Shown piece after piece: positions 36,970 through 50,444 of a stretch of 64,000 nt of DNA. Under the pieces are notes generated by a model. That model did no database searches, had not been told where the DNA came from, and saw only the letters and a program-made list of their open reading frames with translations. Each line of letters opens with the position of its first letter. Position 1 is the stretch's first letter. Source of the DNA: Octopus bimaculoides (Eukaryota). The stretch spans positions 137,157,167-137,221,166 of the forward strand of contig NC_068981.1 in assembly GCF_001194135.2 (NCBI RefSeq), read 5' to 3'. The position numbers and the translations under genes are program-made.

Positions 36970-38502
36970 CTAAAATTAAAAATAAATAGATATAAAATAA
37001 ACAGTTAATACGATGTTGTATACATGAAAGATAATGAAAAAAAAAAAAAAAGCAGAAATATTTGCAATTTAAACAATATTTTGGACAAAAGTTAATTCAA
37101 AGTGTGCATTGCACAGACTCATAAATATATTATTAATACATCCCTATCACTCATATCATTTTAATATTTTGTAATATGGTGAAAGAAGCAAGCTGACAGA
37201 ATTGTTAGTATGCCAGGCAACATGTTTATGGCATTTCGTCTGCCTTCATGTTCTGAGTTCAAATTCCACCAAGGTCCACTTTGCCTTTCATCAGTTTGGG
37301 GTCAATTAAACAAGTACCAATTGAACACTGGGGGCGATGTAACTGACTTACCCCTACCTGAAATTGCTGGTCTTGTGCCAAAGTTTTGAAATCATTATTT
37401 TGTAATATGGTATTTGCTGTGAAGGTGCATGGCTTAGTGGCCAGTGGGTATTCAGCTCACGATTGTAAGGTCGTGAATTCAATTCCTGGCGATATGTTAT
37501 GTCCTTGAACAAGACACTTCATTTCATGTTACTCCAGTCCACTCAACTGGCAAAAATGAGTTGTACCTATATTTAAAAGGGCCAGCCTTTTTGCATTCTG
37601 TGTCACGTTGAATCTCACTGTTTTCCTCCTTTTTCTTTTGAACTTTCCTATGTCTGCTGTCTCTGAAGATCTATGCTTGAAACCTAAAACAATCATTCTT
37701 TCCTTCTCTGTGCGTCTTAATACTTTGCATGTGCTACGTCCTCCCTTTTTTCATTTTTTTCGTGTTGTCTTTTTTCTCCGTTTTCTTTAATCAACTATAT
37801 GCATATATACGAGTGGTCAAATGAAAGAAGGGCACTCAACACATTTATTAGGAGTTACATGTATGGATCAAAACAGTTTGATTCAAATATATAGGTACTC
37901 CGAGAGTTTTAAGCATGATTCTAATCTTCAGCCATATTGAATTCAAACACACACACACACACATACTGGGATTACATTTATATTTTATAGTTAAGGTATT
38001 ATAATAACATGTACTGGAGTGCTGGCATTACACAAATAGAAAAAAAAAAGAGTAAAAACAAAGATCAATGCGGACACTACTGCACTAATAAATCAGAAGA
38101 AAGCAAGCGAACATTCATAAAAAAGACTTTTCTGTTAACCATTAGGAGAGACTAAACGCATTATAGATTTGCTTCCAGTAGGATAGAAATTTAGGGAATT
38201 TAAACAAGAGACAGTTACATTGGAAACTATTTCAGTAATTTACTTTAGAACAATTACTTTAACACTCTTGTTATTGTATTATTAACAGAATATACAGCTC
38301 ATATGTTTCAACTGATTTAAAAATAAAAATAGTCAAGAATTTTAAAGGGCTTAGTAAAATAACTAACTTTGCCATTACTAAGGTTGGTAGAATTTCCCTC
38401 TTAATTGGAGAAAGAAAACAAGAAAACACAGTCATAAATGTTGGCAACTCTCAATTTTTATTATTAAGCAGGTTCTAAAATAAAATGATGATATATGATT
38501 TA

Positions 38503-38715
38503 CAAGGGGGTGCAGAAGAGTTCCTGGCTTTGGGTAAAACAAAATACAGGAGGATCAGTTAATTATGATTTTATTCAACATATTCCCCTCTCAGATTCAC
38601 ACACTTATTGCAGCAGTCCTTCAGTTTTTCTAAGCCCTGTAAAAGAACTTGGAAGGTTGAGCATTCAGCCCTTTCGTGATACCCTTAAAGCCAGGAAATT
38701 CTCAGCACCCCCTTG
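38503..38715. mobile_element. Mariner-derived MITE (213 bp)
   Basis: TA|CAAGGGGGTGCAGAAGAGTTCCTGGCTTT ... AAAGCCAGGAAATTCTCAGCACCCCCTTG|TA. Imperfect TIRs with TA target-site duplication. Internal minus-strand TATGTTGAATAA resembles the mariner YVE* C-terminus. Confidence 0.85.
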
Positions 38716-39379
38716 TAAGCTCAAACATAAACTCTTTAACGCAAATAGTTTTATGTTATAGAACTAAGAGTGGTCTCAAGTAGGCTGGTATCAAAAAAAG
38801 GTAAAATTCTCATATGACACAAGATTTCTCAAGGGTTGCATAATTGACAAGAGTGATGATCAACTGACAAAAACTCAGATTTCATAGCCAAGACAATTAA
38901 CTCTTGGTGGCCCTCTCCACCTAACTCTAAGTTTGTACCACAAATGTATAATTTACTACTATAGGCAGTGGTTTCCTTGTAAAACTGATTAAGTATTTAC
39001 TGGCTTGTAATGCCAAGTTCAGTTCCAACCTTGGGTAATGCTATCAGCAATACGTGAATACCTAGTCCAATGAGAGACTTCCCTCCATTTATTTACTGCT
39101 ATTGGAAACAGAGACAAGTGGGCACTTTCTCTAAGGAGCCTAAAAATTTGGAAAGGATTAGCAAGATTTTTGTACAAGCAACAATATTATTTGTTAAATA
39201 CACAAATGTAATCCCAAACAGATTCAGAACACTGCTATAAATTATAATTTTTACTTCTAAACAGCTAAATCATATTCAACAATATAAGAACATTATAAAT
39301 AATTAGAAAAAGATAACACTACTACTATAATGAAATAGAGTCCAAGTATTTTATTCTTCTGTTATCACGAGTAAGAACT

Positions 39380-39770
39380 GAAGTATATATTTTAAATGAG
39401 TTCTTACATTGTTGTTATCAGTAAATTATATTGGCAATATAAAACCACACAGTATTTTAGAAAGATTACTTCATTATATCTGCTTTTATGATTTGATAAT
39501 ATCAAGAGATCTTTCAAAACTACCACAGGATAAAGAGATTTGATAAGATTGGTGATATCTCTGACAATCATATTGAATATTGTTACGTATCTTCCTTACG
39601 TCACTTTGCCATCGTTGGAATAGTATGTTAGGCTACACTGACCCAGAGGAATATGTCATAGCAACATGACACAGGAACAAAAGAACGGCAAAAAGTGGAA
39701 GTACTTAATGGAATATAGAGTAACAGTTCAGAATTACTTGACAATAAAACCAACAAGGACAAGAAAATAA
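39380..39770 (+). mobile_element. Penelope-like GIY-YIG endonuclease fossil (paralogous piece at 43565-43712)
   Basis: VYIL..C / NYIG (tat att ggc at 39427-39435), HRIKRFD, and a C-terminal segment homologous to 43565-43712 (TDPEDYVLAAH...LREYEIKFQN*MTINQQG; cf. ExxWQxxLxTxxPxGLN). Confidence 0.45.
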
Positions 39771-42629
39771 AGATGCCAAAAAGGCACTATTATACATATA
39801 TAATTCTTATAGTAGTTCTTCGTTTATTTTTATTTTGCTGTATTTTTCTTTCTAGCAATGGACATTTAGGCATCATAAAGCTTTTGTACTGATTTAGAAA
39901 GCAAAAAAAAAAAACCCAGCTAAGTTCACAATTTTTGCCTGTCATCTTTTATAGACATATTTATGGTTATGAGAAGCCTTTTCATGGATGCAAGGAATAG
40001 TAGTGAAATATACCTCAAATTATAGCCTAAGCCTTGATTACAGTTCTGCTCAAGAGCTAAACAACATTATAGTTTGGGTCATAAAATATTATTTTAAGTT
40101 ACTGGTGGACAATAGGATAGTGACTGAAGCTCAGCTTAAAACCCACAACAGGGTTAGCAAACGAATAGAGAGGTCTGTTTGACAAGACACTATTCATAAA
40201 TCACAAGCTAACATTGTGGTAGGACAGTATTGTAGATCAGGGTAATAACATATACAACATAAGTTTGAAGAGAAGATGAGGAAATCTTTCAAGTTCTTTT
40301 CTCTGGGGAAGTGTCATAGTTAAAATAAATATAGATACAAGTATGGGTGTGTGGTAAGAAATTTGCTTCCCAACCACATGGATCTGGGTTCAGTCCCACT
40401 GTATGGCATCTTGGGCAAGTGTCTTCTACTATAGCCCTGGGCTAACAAATCTTTGTGATTGGATTTGACAGATGGAAACCAAAAGACCATCATCATGATC
40501 ATCATTTAATGTCTGTTTTCCATGCTGGCATGAGTTACACACACACACACACACACACACATCTATGTGTTTGCCTTAGTGTTTGTAATTGTCCCCCACC
40601 ACTGCTTGACAACTGGTGATGGTTTGTTTACAGCCCCATAAATTATTGGTTCAGCAAAGGAGATGTGATAGAACAAGTACCACACGTAAGCAAAATAAAT
40701 ACTAAGATTAATCAATTCAACTAAACCCTTCAAAGTGGTGCCCCAGCATGACCGCCGTCCAATGACTGAAACAAGTAAAAGATAGTTACTGTGGTTTCTT
40801 TGATCTCAGACCCTTTACCTGCTGTGTACAGAATTTTCCTTTCTCTTCCTCAATAAAGGGCTTCTTCCTTCCCACATAGTAACTACATTCACACTACAAC
40901 ACTTCTGCTTCAATTATTTCCTATCAATACAAACCCTCGTTAATTTCTTCCAGTTCTAGATTACCTGAAACTTGGTGCTCACCCATCTATATCCATTCAT
41001 ACATATTACATATGACTCCTTTGTATATGATTGAACAGCTCTCATGGGCCACTAGCTTTCTGATTGCCCACCAGAGTTACTAAACTTGAAGAGAAAAGAA
41101 TAATTTTGACAATATCATGTGTGAAGAGGATGAAGAAGTAGGAAGTGTTATGAATAATGATATAGCATATGAAGTAACATATGCTATATCAGTGGAGAAA
41201 ATATGTAGTAGAAATGATAAAAGCTTGTTTGTTTATTCTTAAAGACAGTACAAAGTAAGGAGAGGGGGGAAAAACAGATAAGTGTTACTATGCCAGACTT
41301 TTTGAATAAATAGCACAAAATAAACAGAAATATTCTACTGGATCCAATGCTGAGGCCAACGGTAGAAATAATAAGACAAGGAATAGTGAATAAAACAATT
41401 ATGTCAATGAAGTCACAGAAAGCAGCTAGAGTAATTGCTGATATGTTGAAAATATCAAAGAAGTTTAGGTAATCCAAGTCAAATTTGTGTAGGAAGGTGT
41501 TATTCTTGCTACTGGTATACACAGCAGAAATGTTTCACTGTAACAAAAGCAAGGAAGATGCACTGGAATGGAGTTAAGCTAATGGATTACGTAGTGAAAG
41601 TGTTAGACAGTTTGTAACCAAGCTAATATACATGAAAAAGCTGTGATGTACAAAATGTTATTTAGTTTATTCCAGGATGATGATGATGATAATAAAAAAA
41701 CCGAAAAAAAGCATCATAGATGTCATATATTTAGCTGGCAAAACAGCAGGAGATATGATGACGACAGGGAGACGAATTTGTAAACAAAATGAATGAGTAA
41801 AAAAATTAAAAAATAAATAAAGGATAGTGGGGGAAATATGGCTAAAGGTATCATTGGCAATAGGAAAATGGATTTTAAAACAATAAAGACATACATAATG
41901 ATTGTGCTACTTGTAAAGGAGGAACTCAGTCAAGGGCAAACTATTCTATTTTGCATTTGTTGATCTTTAAATGAATATATAAAGAAATGAACAAAGTAAA
42001 AGAGCCTTTGATGGTGTCATACATTTTACAGTCTGGTGGGCAATCAGAAAGCTAGTAGCCCATGAGAGCTGTTCAGTCGTATGCAAAGGAGCTAAATGTA
42101 ATATATACAAATGGATACAGATGGGTGAGCACAAAGTTTCAATAGTTCCTAATGACTTATTTATATATTTTATAATGCAATCAATGAACAATAGTGGCAT
42201 TAGTTACACGTTTTCAATGGCTTAATCACTGCTTCATTGCATTTCTGACAGTGGTGCTGACAAGAGTGTCTGCAACTCAGTGTAGAACAAATATCACATT
42301 CATACAGTTTCCTTGTTGGTGTTTGTATCCATTGCCAACATATATCAGTGAAAGAAAGGAAGTACAAACACACACACACCATCGTCATCATTTTAATATC
42401 CACTTTTCCATGTTTACATGTATTAGATAGAATTTATTGAGGCAGATTTTCTATGCTCGGATATCCTTATGACACCAACCATTCCCTGTTTCCAAGCAAG
42501 GTAATTTTTTTCCCAAAGCTAGACATATTCTCACAGAGTATTGGAAATGAAGGACACTGTTTCAATGACAGTGACAACCATTTTACAACTTTTACATGAT
42601 GTCAAGACAATGTGACACAAACCACCCCA

Positions 42630-42679
<50 letters not shown>

Positions 42680-44306
42680 TGCATAAATATGCCATGTGAA
42701 AAGTTTGCAGTCCACTCTGTAAAGTGGTTGGCATTCAGAAGGGCAGTAGAGCTTGATGCAGTCCTCTGGCTTGCCAGCTCCTATGAGACCATCCAACCAA
42801 TGCCAGCAGGGAAGATGGATGTTAAACTACTACTACTGCGATGGTGACGACAATGATACATACAATGCACTTCTTTCAGTTTCCATCTATCAAATCCACT
42901 AACAAGGCTTTGGTTGATCTATAGTGATGACACATACACCCAAGCTGCCATGCAGTGGGACTGAACCTAGAACACCATGTAGTTAGGAAACAAACTTCTT
43001 ACCAAACAGCCAAACCTGTGCCTAGAGTAGATATGAACGTGTAGTTACAAAATTTGTTTCCTGGCAACTGTGATTTTGAGTTTGGTGCCACTGTATGGCA
43101 CCCTGGACAAGCGTGTTCAGGTTAACCAATGCCTTACAAGTGGAATTGGAAGATAGAAACAGAGAGAAAGCCCATCAAATCAGTGTTTTTACAAAAACAA
43201 AAAAGAAAGAAAGAAAAATAATGCATTTGCGCTAACATAAAATACCATTGAATTTAATATACTAAATAAATATTCATTACTTCATTCATATATCATCATC
43301 ATCATCATCATCATCGTTTAACGTCCGCTTTCCATGCTAGCATGGGTTGGACGATTTGACTGAGGACTGGTGAAACCGGATGGCAACACCAGGCTCCAGT
43401 CTGATTTGGCAGAGTTTCTACAGCTGGATGCCCTTCCTAACGCCAACCACTCAGAGAGTGTATATATATATATATATAATTTGCATACAATAGACAAAAT
43501 GTTACTGATCTTCCATAGATCACTTTATCATAGTGTAAACATCACATCTACTAGTCCTGTATAGTTGAAATACTATGCCAGGCTGCACTGACCCAGAAGA
43601 CTATGTCTTAGCAGCACACATGACACATGAACAAAAGAATGACAAGACTTGAAGGTCATTAAGGGAGTATGAAATAAAATTTCAGAATTAGATGACAATA
43701 AATCAACAAGGATGGGAAAATGTTTCAAGAAACCGTAAAGAAGTCTAAAAGAAATTTTTTTTTTAAGTTTACACATAAAGCAAAAATAAATGATATATAG
43801 AATAATTATTTATATGCAAAGAATATAATAAAACTATAAATTCAATGATTGTTTTGAATACCATATGTAAAATGTTCTTAGGAATTTCTCTCTTAGTTGG
43901 TGAAAGAAAACAAAGAAAAAAAACCCTTAGTTGCAATTATTGGTGACATTCAAAGTAAAAAGGGAGATAGTTTTAAGAAATTTTGAATTAATTTTCTATA
44001 AAATCATATTTACATTTAGTGTGCCCCAGGTGGTTAATTTATTATAGGGAAGACAGTTATTCCTAGATTAATTTAAATTGAAGCAGATTTGAAAGTTTGG
44101 ATTTTACATCACAGTATAAAGAAGGTGTACAGAGCATGGACATTGAATTTTTAAAAACACTTTATAAAGTTCTTGAAGTTGGTTGAGCATGTGTGTGAAA
44201 GAAAGTGAGATAGAGAGAGAGACAGAAGTAGATCATGAAAGAGACACAGATAGAGACATAAGACAGGGAGACAAAGAGAGCTCGAGATACACACACACAC
44301 ACACAA

Positions 44307-44337
<31 letters not shown>

Positions 44338-44452
44338 TATTACATAACACATCATGTGAAACAAAATCTATCTCAAAAAATAAACCTTAAAAGTATAAAA
44401 CACACACACACACACACACACACACAGAATCCACAGAAGTTATAAAACTTAC

Positions 44453-44649
44453 CCGTTCCCGAAGTCGTTTGTCATGGACTATAACAATATGTTCACAGCA
44501 TTTGTTGTTTTCTACTATCACCTTTGCGGTTTCAGCAGCACGGTTAAGGTCACTTGCAAAGACATGGGTAAAGTTCTCGTTTTGTAGCCGACCAGCTACC
44601 AGACGGACTTGGTCGAGACCAGTAGATGATAATTGCCAATCTTTCTGGC
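44453..44649 (-). CDS. TIGAR: TIGAR-like histidine phosphatase, 197-nt coding exon
   Basis: ttgcag|GC CAG AAA GAT TGG ... CTT CGG GAA CGG|gtaagt. Translates (G)QKDWQLSSTGLDQVRLVAGRLQNENFTHVFASDLNRAAETAKVIVENNKCCEHIVIVHDKRLRER, containing the SDLxRA and RLRER motifs of the PGM/TIGAR family. Phases fit both neighbouring exons. Confidence 0.93.
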
Positions 44650-44989
44650 CTGCAATAAGGAAATATCTCTTTAATGCTAAATATATCCAGACATGATAAT
44701 TTAGTGACAATTTCGCTGACGTAATGTAGAAAGATACAGAAATAAAAAATATCAATATAAAATAAACAAAACAATACATATACACTGAATATTCATCAAA
44801 TGTTCAATCTACAATATGGAGTGTGTGTGTGTGATGTGTGTACGCATATATAACAAAAATGAGCTAAGAAAATAACTCATGGCTGGTGGAATGTATTTGA
44901 ACATAGACAAATACAGGTATATCAGATACCATGCAATAAGAATCCTTGATTTATTAAAATTATCTCTAGGGTAAGTGCCATTATGGTAT

Positions 44990-46037
44990 TGTGGTAGCAA
45001 TTGTAGTAAAATAGACAGAGATAGGAGAAAGCATTCCTGTAAGCATGAGTGATTTTATGCCAGTCAGTTAAGTGGTCTTTGTTTGGTCATGGTCTAACAT
45101 TTCTGAATGTATAGTAGCAGCACCATTCCAGATATGAGTAATATTCCATTGTGTGTCCTACTTGAGCCTTGTAGAGCATCAGCAATTGTCAGAGGCTTAG
45201 ATATTTTCAGACCCTGATGAGAAAGGCCAGTCTTTGGGATATAGTCCCGGTTATGTTGAGAATGTGCCTGGTCATAGTGGGGCCTAAAATTTGGATCAAC
45301 CTTGGAAGCTGGCTGTAAGTTGAATGCTGCTCATGTTTAAGTTGGGTGTGGTGCAATGCTGTTTTCTTAATATGAGTAGTGCCTGAGTTGCTTTTGCCTG
45401 CTGATAGAGACAAAAATTGGCCAAGCTGCACTGGATCATGTTTATAGGTTTCCATTCATGAAATTGGTACTGATTTGGTGAGTGGTGTTTAGATTGTATG
45501 AGGATGATGCAGGTTTGAGGAAGATTAGGGTAGAATGAAGGTTTGTATCATCTGTGTAAGAGAATGCATGGTTGTATGTGACAGCAAGTAGGTCATTGAT
45601 ATATAGAGGGAAGGGAAGAGAAGAGAGTGTGGAATAAAACTCACTCCTGGTGCTCATCGAATCTGATTGAGAAAGGGACAAAAATAGTTCTATCGATATG
45701 CTGTGATGATGTGATCTGATAAGAAAAGGAGTGGAAGACAAAAACCAAACTCTGGAGAATATTGAAGTTGGTTCAGAATGGGACAGAAAGAGCTCCATCA
45801 CCACACACCATGATTGTATGATCTGAAAGGAAACTACTGATGCAAAAGATGAGAGAAGGATGGAACTTCTAAGTACAAAGTTTTGATAGTAGATTTGTAT
45901 AACAAACACAGCCAAAAGCTTTACTGGAAACTAGAGCAGCAATGTTATTTTTACTGACTTTCTAAACGGCAAGAACCCCACTGGTGGGTCTCCACTAGGT
46001 TTGGCTCTATGGAAGCCTTACTGGTGGTCATTAAAGT

Positions 46038-46073
<36 letters not shown>

Positions 46074-46370
46074 CACACACACACACACTCACAATGATGG
46101 AGAATGTCGCTGTTGATGGCTGTCTCCACTAACTCAGAAATATTGAGAATGAGCACAATTCCTATTGATACTATATTGGTAGCACACACTGTACTACCAA
46201 ACAGTCTCTTGCAAAGTGAACTCCTAAACAAACAATACAACAGTGTTTCCTTCATGTAACTGATTCGCACATAAATAGCCGAGACAGGAGAGCTCTTCAA
46301 CATAACAACACTGTTTAGCAAAGTGGCAACCATCAATAACATTGAAATAGAATAAATTGATTGCCATGAT
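44990..46370 (-). mobile_element. CR1/L2-group LINE reverse-transcriptase fossil
   Basis: Ordered degenerate RT motifs on minus: ISELVETAINSDILHH, DHQ*GFHRA, KAFGCVCYTNLLSKL, SSFLSDH (duplicated), LYINDLL...SYTDDT (YADD equivalent), LYKAQVGHTMEYYS. Many stops/frameshifts and a (GA)n insertion near 46030-46090. Confidence 0.8.
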
Positions 46371-47029
46371 AGATAAAAACGAGTCTCAATTTAGTAACAA
46401 GTCCAGACAGCTTCCTTACAATTCACCAACAAAAATAATGACCATAGCAAAAAATCCCTAGCCAAACTACTTCAGTTACTTTCCTAAAATTTCCTTGAAA
46501 GTGGTAAACACATACAAATCTAAAACTATATAAATAAAAAAAAAGGTGGTGTGAGGGGAGGGGAGGGGAGGGGAGGGGGTGGCAGACATGGTTAAGACAC
46601 TTTGTTTTGCAAACATGTGGTTTTGGGTTCAGTTACACAGCGCAGCACTTTGAGCAAGTGTCTTCTACTATAGCCCTCGGTCAATCAATGCTTTCCGAGT
46701 GAATTTAGCAGATGGAAACTGTGTGGAAGCCAATCGTGTATGTGTGTATGTATTTGTGACATTTGTCTCCACTCTGCCTGAAGAACTGGTGTTGTCTTGG
46801 TCGTGTCCTTGTAACTTAGTGGTTCAGCAAAAGAAACCAACAGAATAAAGAAAACAAATACTGGAGGTGACTTGTTTGACTAAATCCTTCAAGGCAGTGA
46901 CCCAGCATGGCTGTAGTCCAATGACTGGAACAAAGATCAAAGTAAATAAGATATATTCTAATAATTTACAGACTTATTCTTTTATTCTCTTACTCGTTTC
47001 AGTTATCAGATTGTGGCCATGCTGGAGTA

Positions 47030-47410
47030 GCACATCATCATCATCATCATTTAACATCTGCTATCCATGCTGGATGGTTGGGTGGTTTGATCAAGGCTGG
47101 CATGCTGGAAGGCTGCACCAGACTCGAGTCTAATTTGGTATGGTTTTCTATGGCTGGATGCCCTTTCCTAATACAAACCACTCCGAGAGTATAATGGGTG
47201 CTTTTATGCGCCATTTGCATGACACCGGGGTGCTTTTACGTGCCACCGGCATGGGTGCCATTTGCATGATACCGGAATCTGCCACAACTGCCATTTTGCT
47301 CAGCTTGATGGGTCTTCTTCTCAAGCACAACATAATGTCAAAGGCCTCGGTCATTGCCTCTGTGAGGCCCAACACTCGAAAGGAACTCAGTCACTTTGCC
47401 TCCTTGAAGA
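47030..47410 (-). mobile_element. RTE LINE 3' fragment
   Basis: Minus ORF VLGLTEAMT... is homologous to the 20448 element, followed by the same 3' UTR motifs and a (GAT)n tail. Confidence 0.7.
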
Positions 47411-48389
47411 ATTTTTAGTCACATGAAACAACCCCAGTACTTATTCTATCAGTCTCTTTTGCCAAACCGCTAAGTTATGGGAACATAAACAACACCGGTT
47501 GTCAAGTGGTGGGGGTGAGTGTGGGAGAGCAAACATACACACATATATATATGCATGTGTGTACGTGCTTCTGTGTTTGTCCCTCTACCCCACCACTTGA
47601 CAACCAGGCTTCTTTTGGTTTCCATCTACCAAATCTAGTCATAAGGCTTTGGTCAGCTCGAGGCTATAGTAGAAGACACTTGTCCAAGGTACCACACAGT
47701 GGGACTGAACCTAGAACCATGTGGTTGGGAAGCAACCTTCTTACCACAGAAGTCTGTATCTCATAGTAAACAAAATTATTGAATGAATAATCAGAAAACA
47801 TATTATATTGTTAAGGAAAATCTTTCGCTAAATGACATAATCACTAGAAGTTCTAATCAGGCAGAGGCTACCTCAAAAAACTCTTACAGTATTACAATTC
47901 GATGCTATAAGTAGCTGTTTAAGCATTTTGACGTAGATATGGTGTATAAGCACTTTGGAAAGATGATAATGGAATTATATGTTATAAATATATTGTTGCT
48001 GTTATGCAAAAGTGTCGTAAATCCAAAATGTTGCTTTTTTTTCAGAAAGCATAAAAATAGTTTCACCATTCTACAGCAAAGCCATTGTACTACACTTCAA
48101 CAATTTTTGATATCTTGGCTTCTGAAGTAGCTGGAGATACGATAGTTTGACCAAAAGAACCAGCTGTTGCAAGCAAAAATAAATATTGAAAAAAAAAACA
48201 CATTTGGTCAAACTTAGACATACAACAGCTTAACATAATAGCAACAATATGATCACAACACATTGCATAACTAGTAGAGTGGCTAGGTAAGGTAAAATAA
48301 ACATCAGAGATGCTTTGCCCCATGCAGAAGCTGCAGGAGTTACTCAGAGATATTGCAAGCTCTTCTAAATCCATTGCTATACTGGAAAC

Positions 48390-48900
48390 CCTCCCATATC
48401 ATCAGCAGGTATCTCAGGGTTACAAGCATTTCAACCCTTAGCCTGTACATTTCACCAGAGTGGGGCGGTGACAACTGAGCTAGTTTCCACCTACAGAAGG
48501 GTTCCACTTGCAGTCTGTTATCAACCAAAGCCATCTTGAGCAAGTTTCAGCTGTTATGCCTATTTTCTTGATGGCTTTCTTCCGTTGTCCGGGTTCCAGA
48601 TCTATCTTCTGCAGAAAATAGCACACTGATCTAGATAAAAAGCCATGGCAGCTGACTCCAATGGAGAATGAAGTTGCATGCCAGCCCTTGTCAAAAGCCT
48701 TGTCAACAAAGAACTGATATTTCGATTTCTTTACCTGGCGAAAAATACTGACACTTTCCTCTCAGGGCACAGTGAGTTCAATCATAATGATTGTATTCCT
48801 GGAGAGGAGGAACATGTCTGGCCAGGGTGATACAATATGAATTCTTAAAAGCCAGAATTCAAGTTCTTACAACCAACGGTACCATCTTGGAGAGGTCAGT
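48390..48900 (-). mobile_element. 3' end of an RLE-type (HERO/R4-like) non-LTR retrotransposon, fossil
   Basis: Minus strand: IIMIELTVP / KKSKYQFFVDKAFDKGWHATSFSIGVSCHGF / LQKIDLEPGQRKKAIKKIGITAETCSRWLWL...GN* (stop 48480-48482). This resembles the IELTVPWE...KxxKY...GW...IEVGCRGF...ASRWLW restriction-like endonuclease C-terminus. Confidence 0.7.
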
Positions 48901-50128
48901 AATCTAGAGTGGAGTATTGTAGAGATTGTTTAAATCCTTAATGGTCACCTCAGACATTGTCATCATCATTCCACATCCTTCAGCCTCAGTTCTCTTAACT
49001 ACTATTTATGCGGCAGACTTTTGCTTATTTCAATGTGAAGGGGAAGCAAGTGTAGTATGCTTCTTATAATGGTTTCTGCTTGAAGCAGATAGTCAGCAGT
49101 TTTGAGGGGGTGGGTGGGACTAGTTAATACCATCGTCCCCACAACTTGACTGGTACTTAATTTTAACTCCAGTGAGATAAAAGGCAAAGGTGACCCCAGT
49201 AAGAATTAAACTCATGTACAAAGAATTAGAAAAAATACCACAAGACATTTTGTCTGACACTCTAACGATACTGCTAACTCACTGCCTTTATGCTTCTTAT
49301 AATAAGAAAAATTAATAGCAGTGGCTTGAATAAATTGGCATTTAAATATATGATGGGTTGCTGTGATTTTAACCCCAGGAGCAGCCTTGTTTATCAGGAT
49401 GCCATCTTGTATAGCAGAGAACATGTTGTCCAATGTAACCTTCTTCTTTATGATGGTTAAGGTGTGATTGGAGAAGATTTGGCTGCTATTTCCAGCAGGT
49501 TGAGTGTCTACATAAAAGCTCCCACTCTGGCTTGTAATACATTGAATTAAAGCAAGGTTATTTAACTGTGATTGGTTAACATTTAAAACTGTTGCATAGC
49601 AATTGTTTAATATTAACAGAAGAAAGATAGAGAGGAGGTGAGAGGGAAAGTGAGGGAGAAAGGAAGATAGATAGATAGATAGAGAGAGGGGGGGACAAGT
49701 CGAAGTGTTTATTAGTAGTGGTCGATCAAGAGACTAGGAGTAGTAAGACTGAAGAAAAGAATAGAGGAAGGCGGAGGAGGATGTAACAAGTCAAAACAAA
49801 TGCAAGTGGGAGGACATTGACCAAAGCAAGAAGAGAAATCAACAAAAGAGGCTTGCAAAATAATTTCTTTTACTCTGAAAACTTTGTATACTACTGTACA
49901 AAAGTTTTTTTTGTGCTACTTGTAACAAAAGTTGCAGCAATAGATAAGTGTATTATAGTACAATGGATTCAGCCTTTGGCCTATATGTAAATCACGTTGC
50001 TTTTTGTGAAGTGTGTGTGTGTGTGTGTGTGTGCAGATATGGTTGCGTGGTTAAGATCATTTTGCAACCATATGTTCAGGTTCAGTCCCACTGTGTGGTG
50101 CTTTCAGCAAGTATCTTTGTCTACTGAC

Positions 50129-50346
50129 CAAAGCTGTGGAGTCGAAACAAAAAAAAAACTTTGACTCTGACTCCTCTTTATGTAATTAAGTGATTGTGGT
50201 CTACATATCTCATAAAGCATATGCATATACTATGAGTAACTGGTTTATATTAAAGAATGAAGATATTGTGAGTCGGAGTCAGTATAGTTTTACTGACTGA
50301 CTCTAGTTACCCCTTAATTGTTTCCGACTCCGACTCCACAACCCTG
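50129..50346. mobile_element. hAT-like MITE inserted in a SINE
   Basis: Ends caaagctgtggagtcg... and ...tccgactccgactccacaaccctg form degenerate CAGGGCTGTGGAGTCGG-type TIRs. Flanks ctactgac / atagtgac are a 6/8 match to an 8-bp TSD. The element interrupts a CORE-like SINE (~50035-50400). Confidence 0.6.
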
Positions 50347-50394
50347 ATAGTGACTGAATCTGGTTAGACAGAAACTGTGCGGAAGTGCATCATG

Positions 50395-50444
<50 letters not shown>

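Noticed and set aside
48395-48445. Permuted hammerhead in the HERO 3' UTR (GAAA...CUGAUGA on minus)
   Set aside because: Core words are present but stems I and II cannot be paired.
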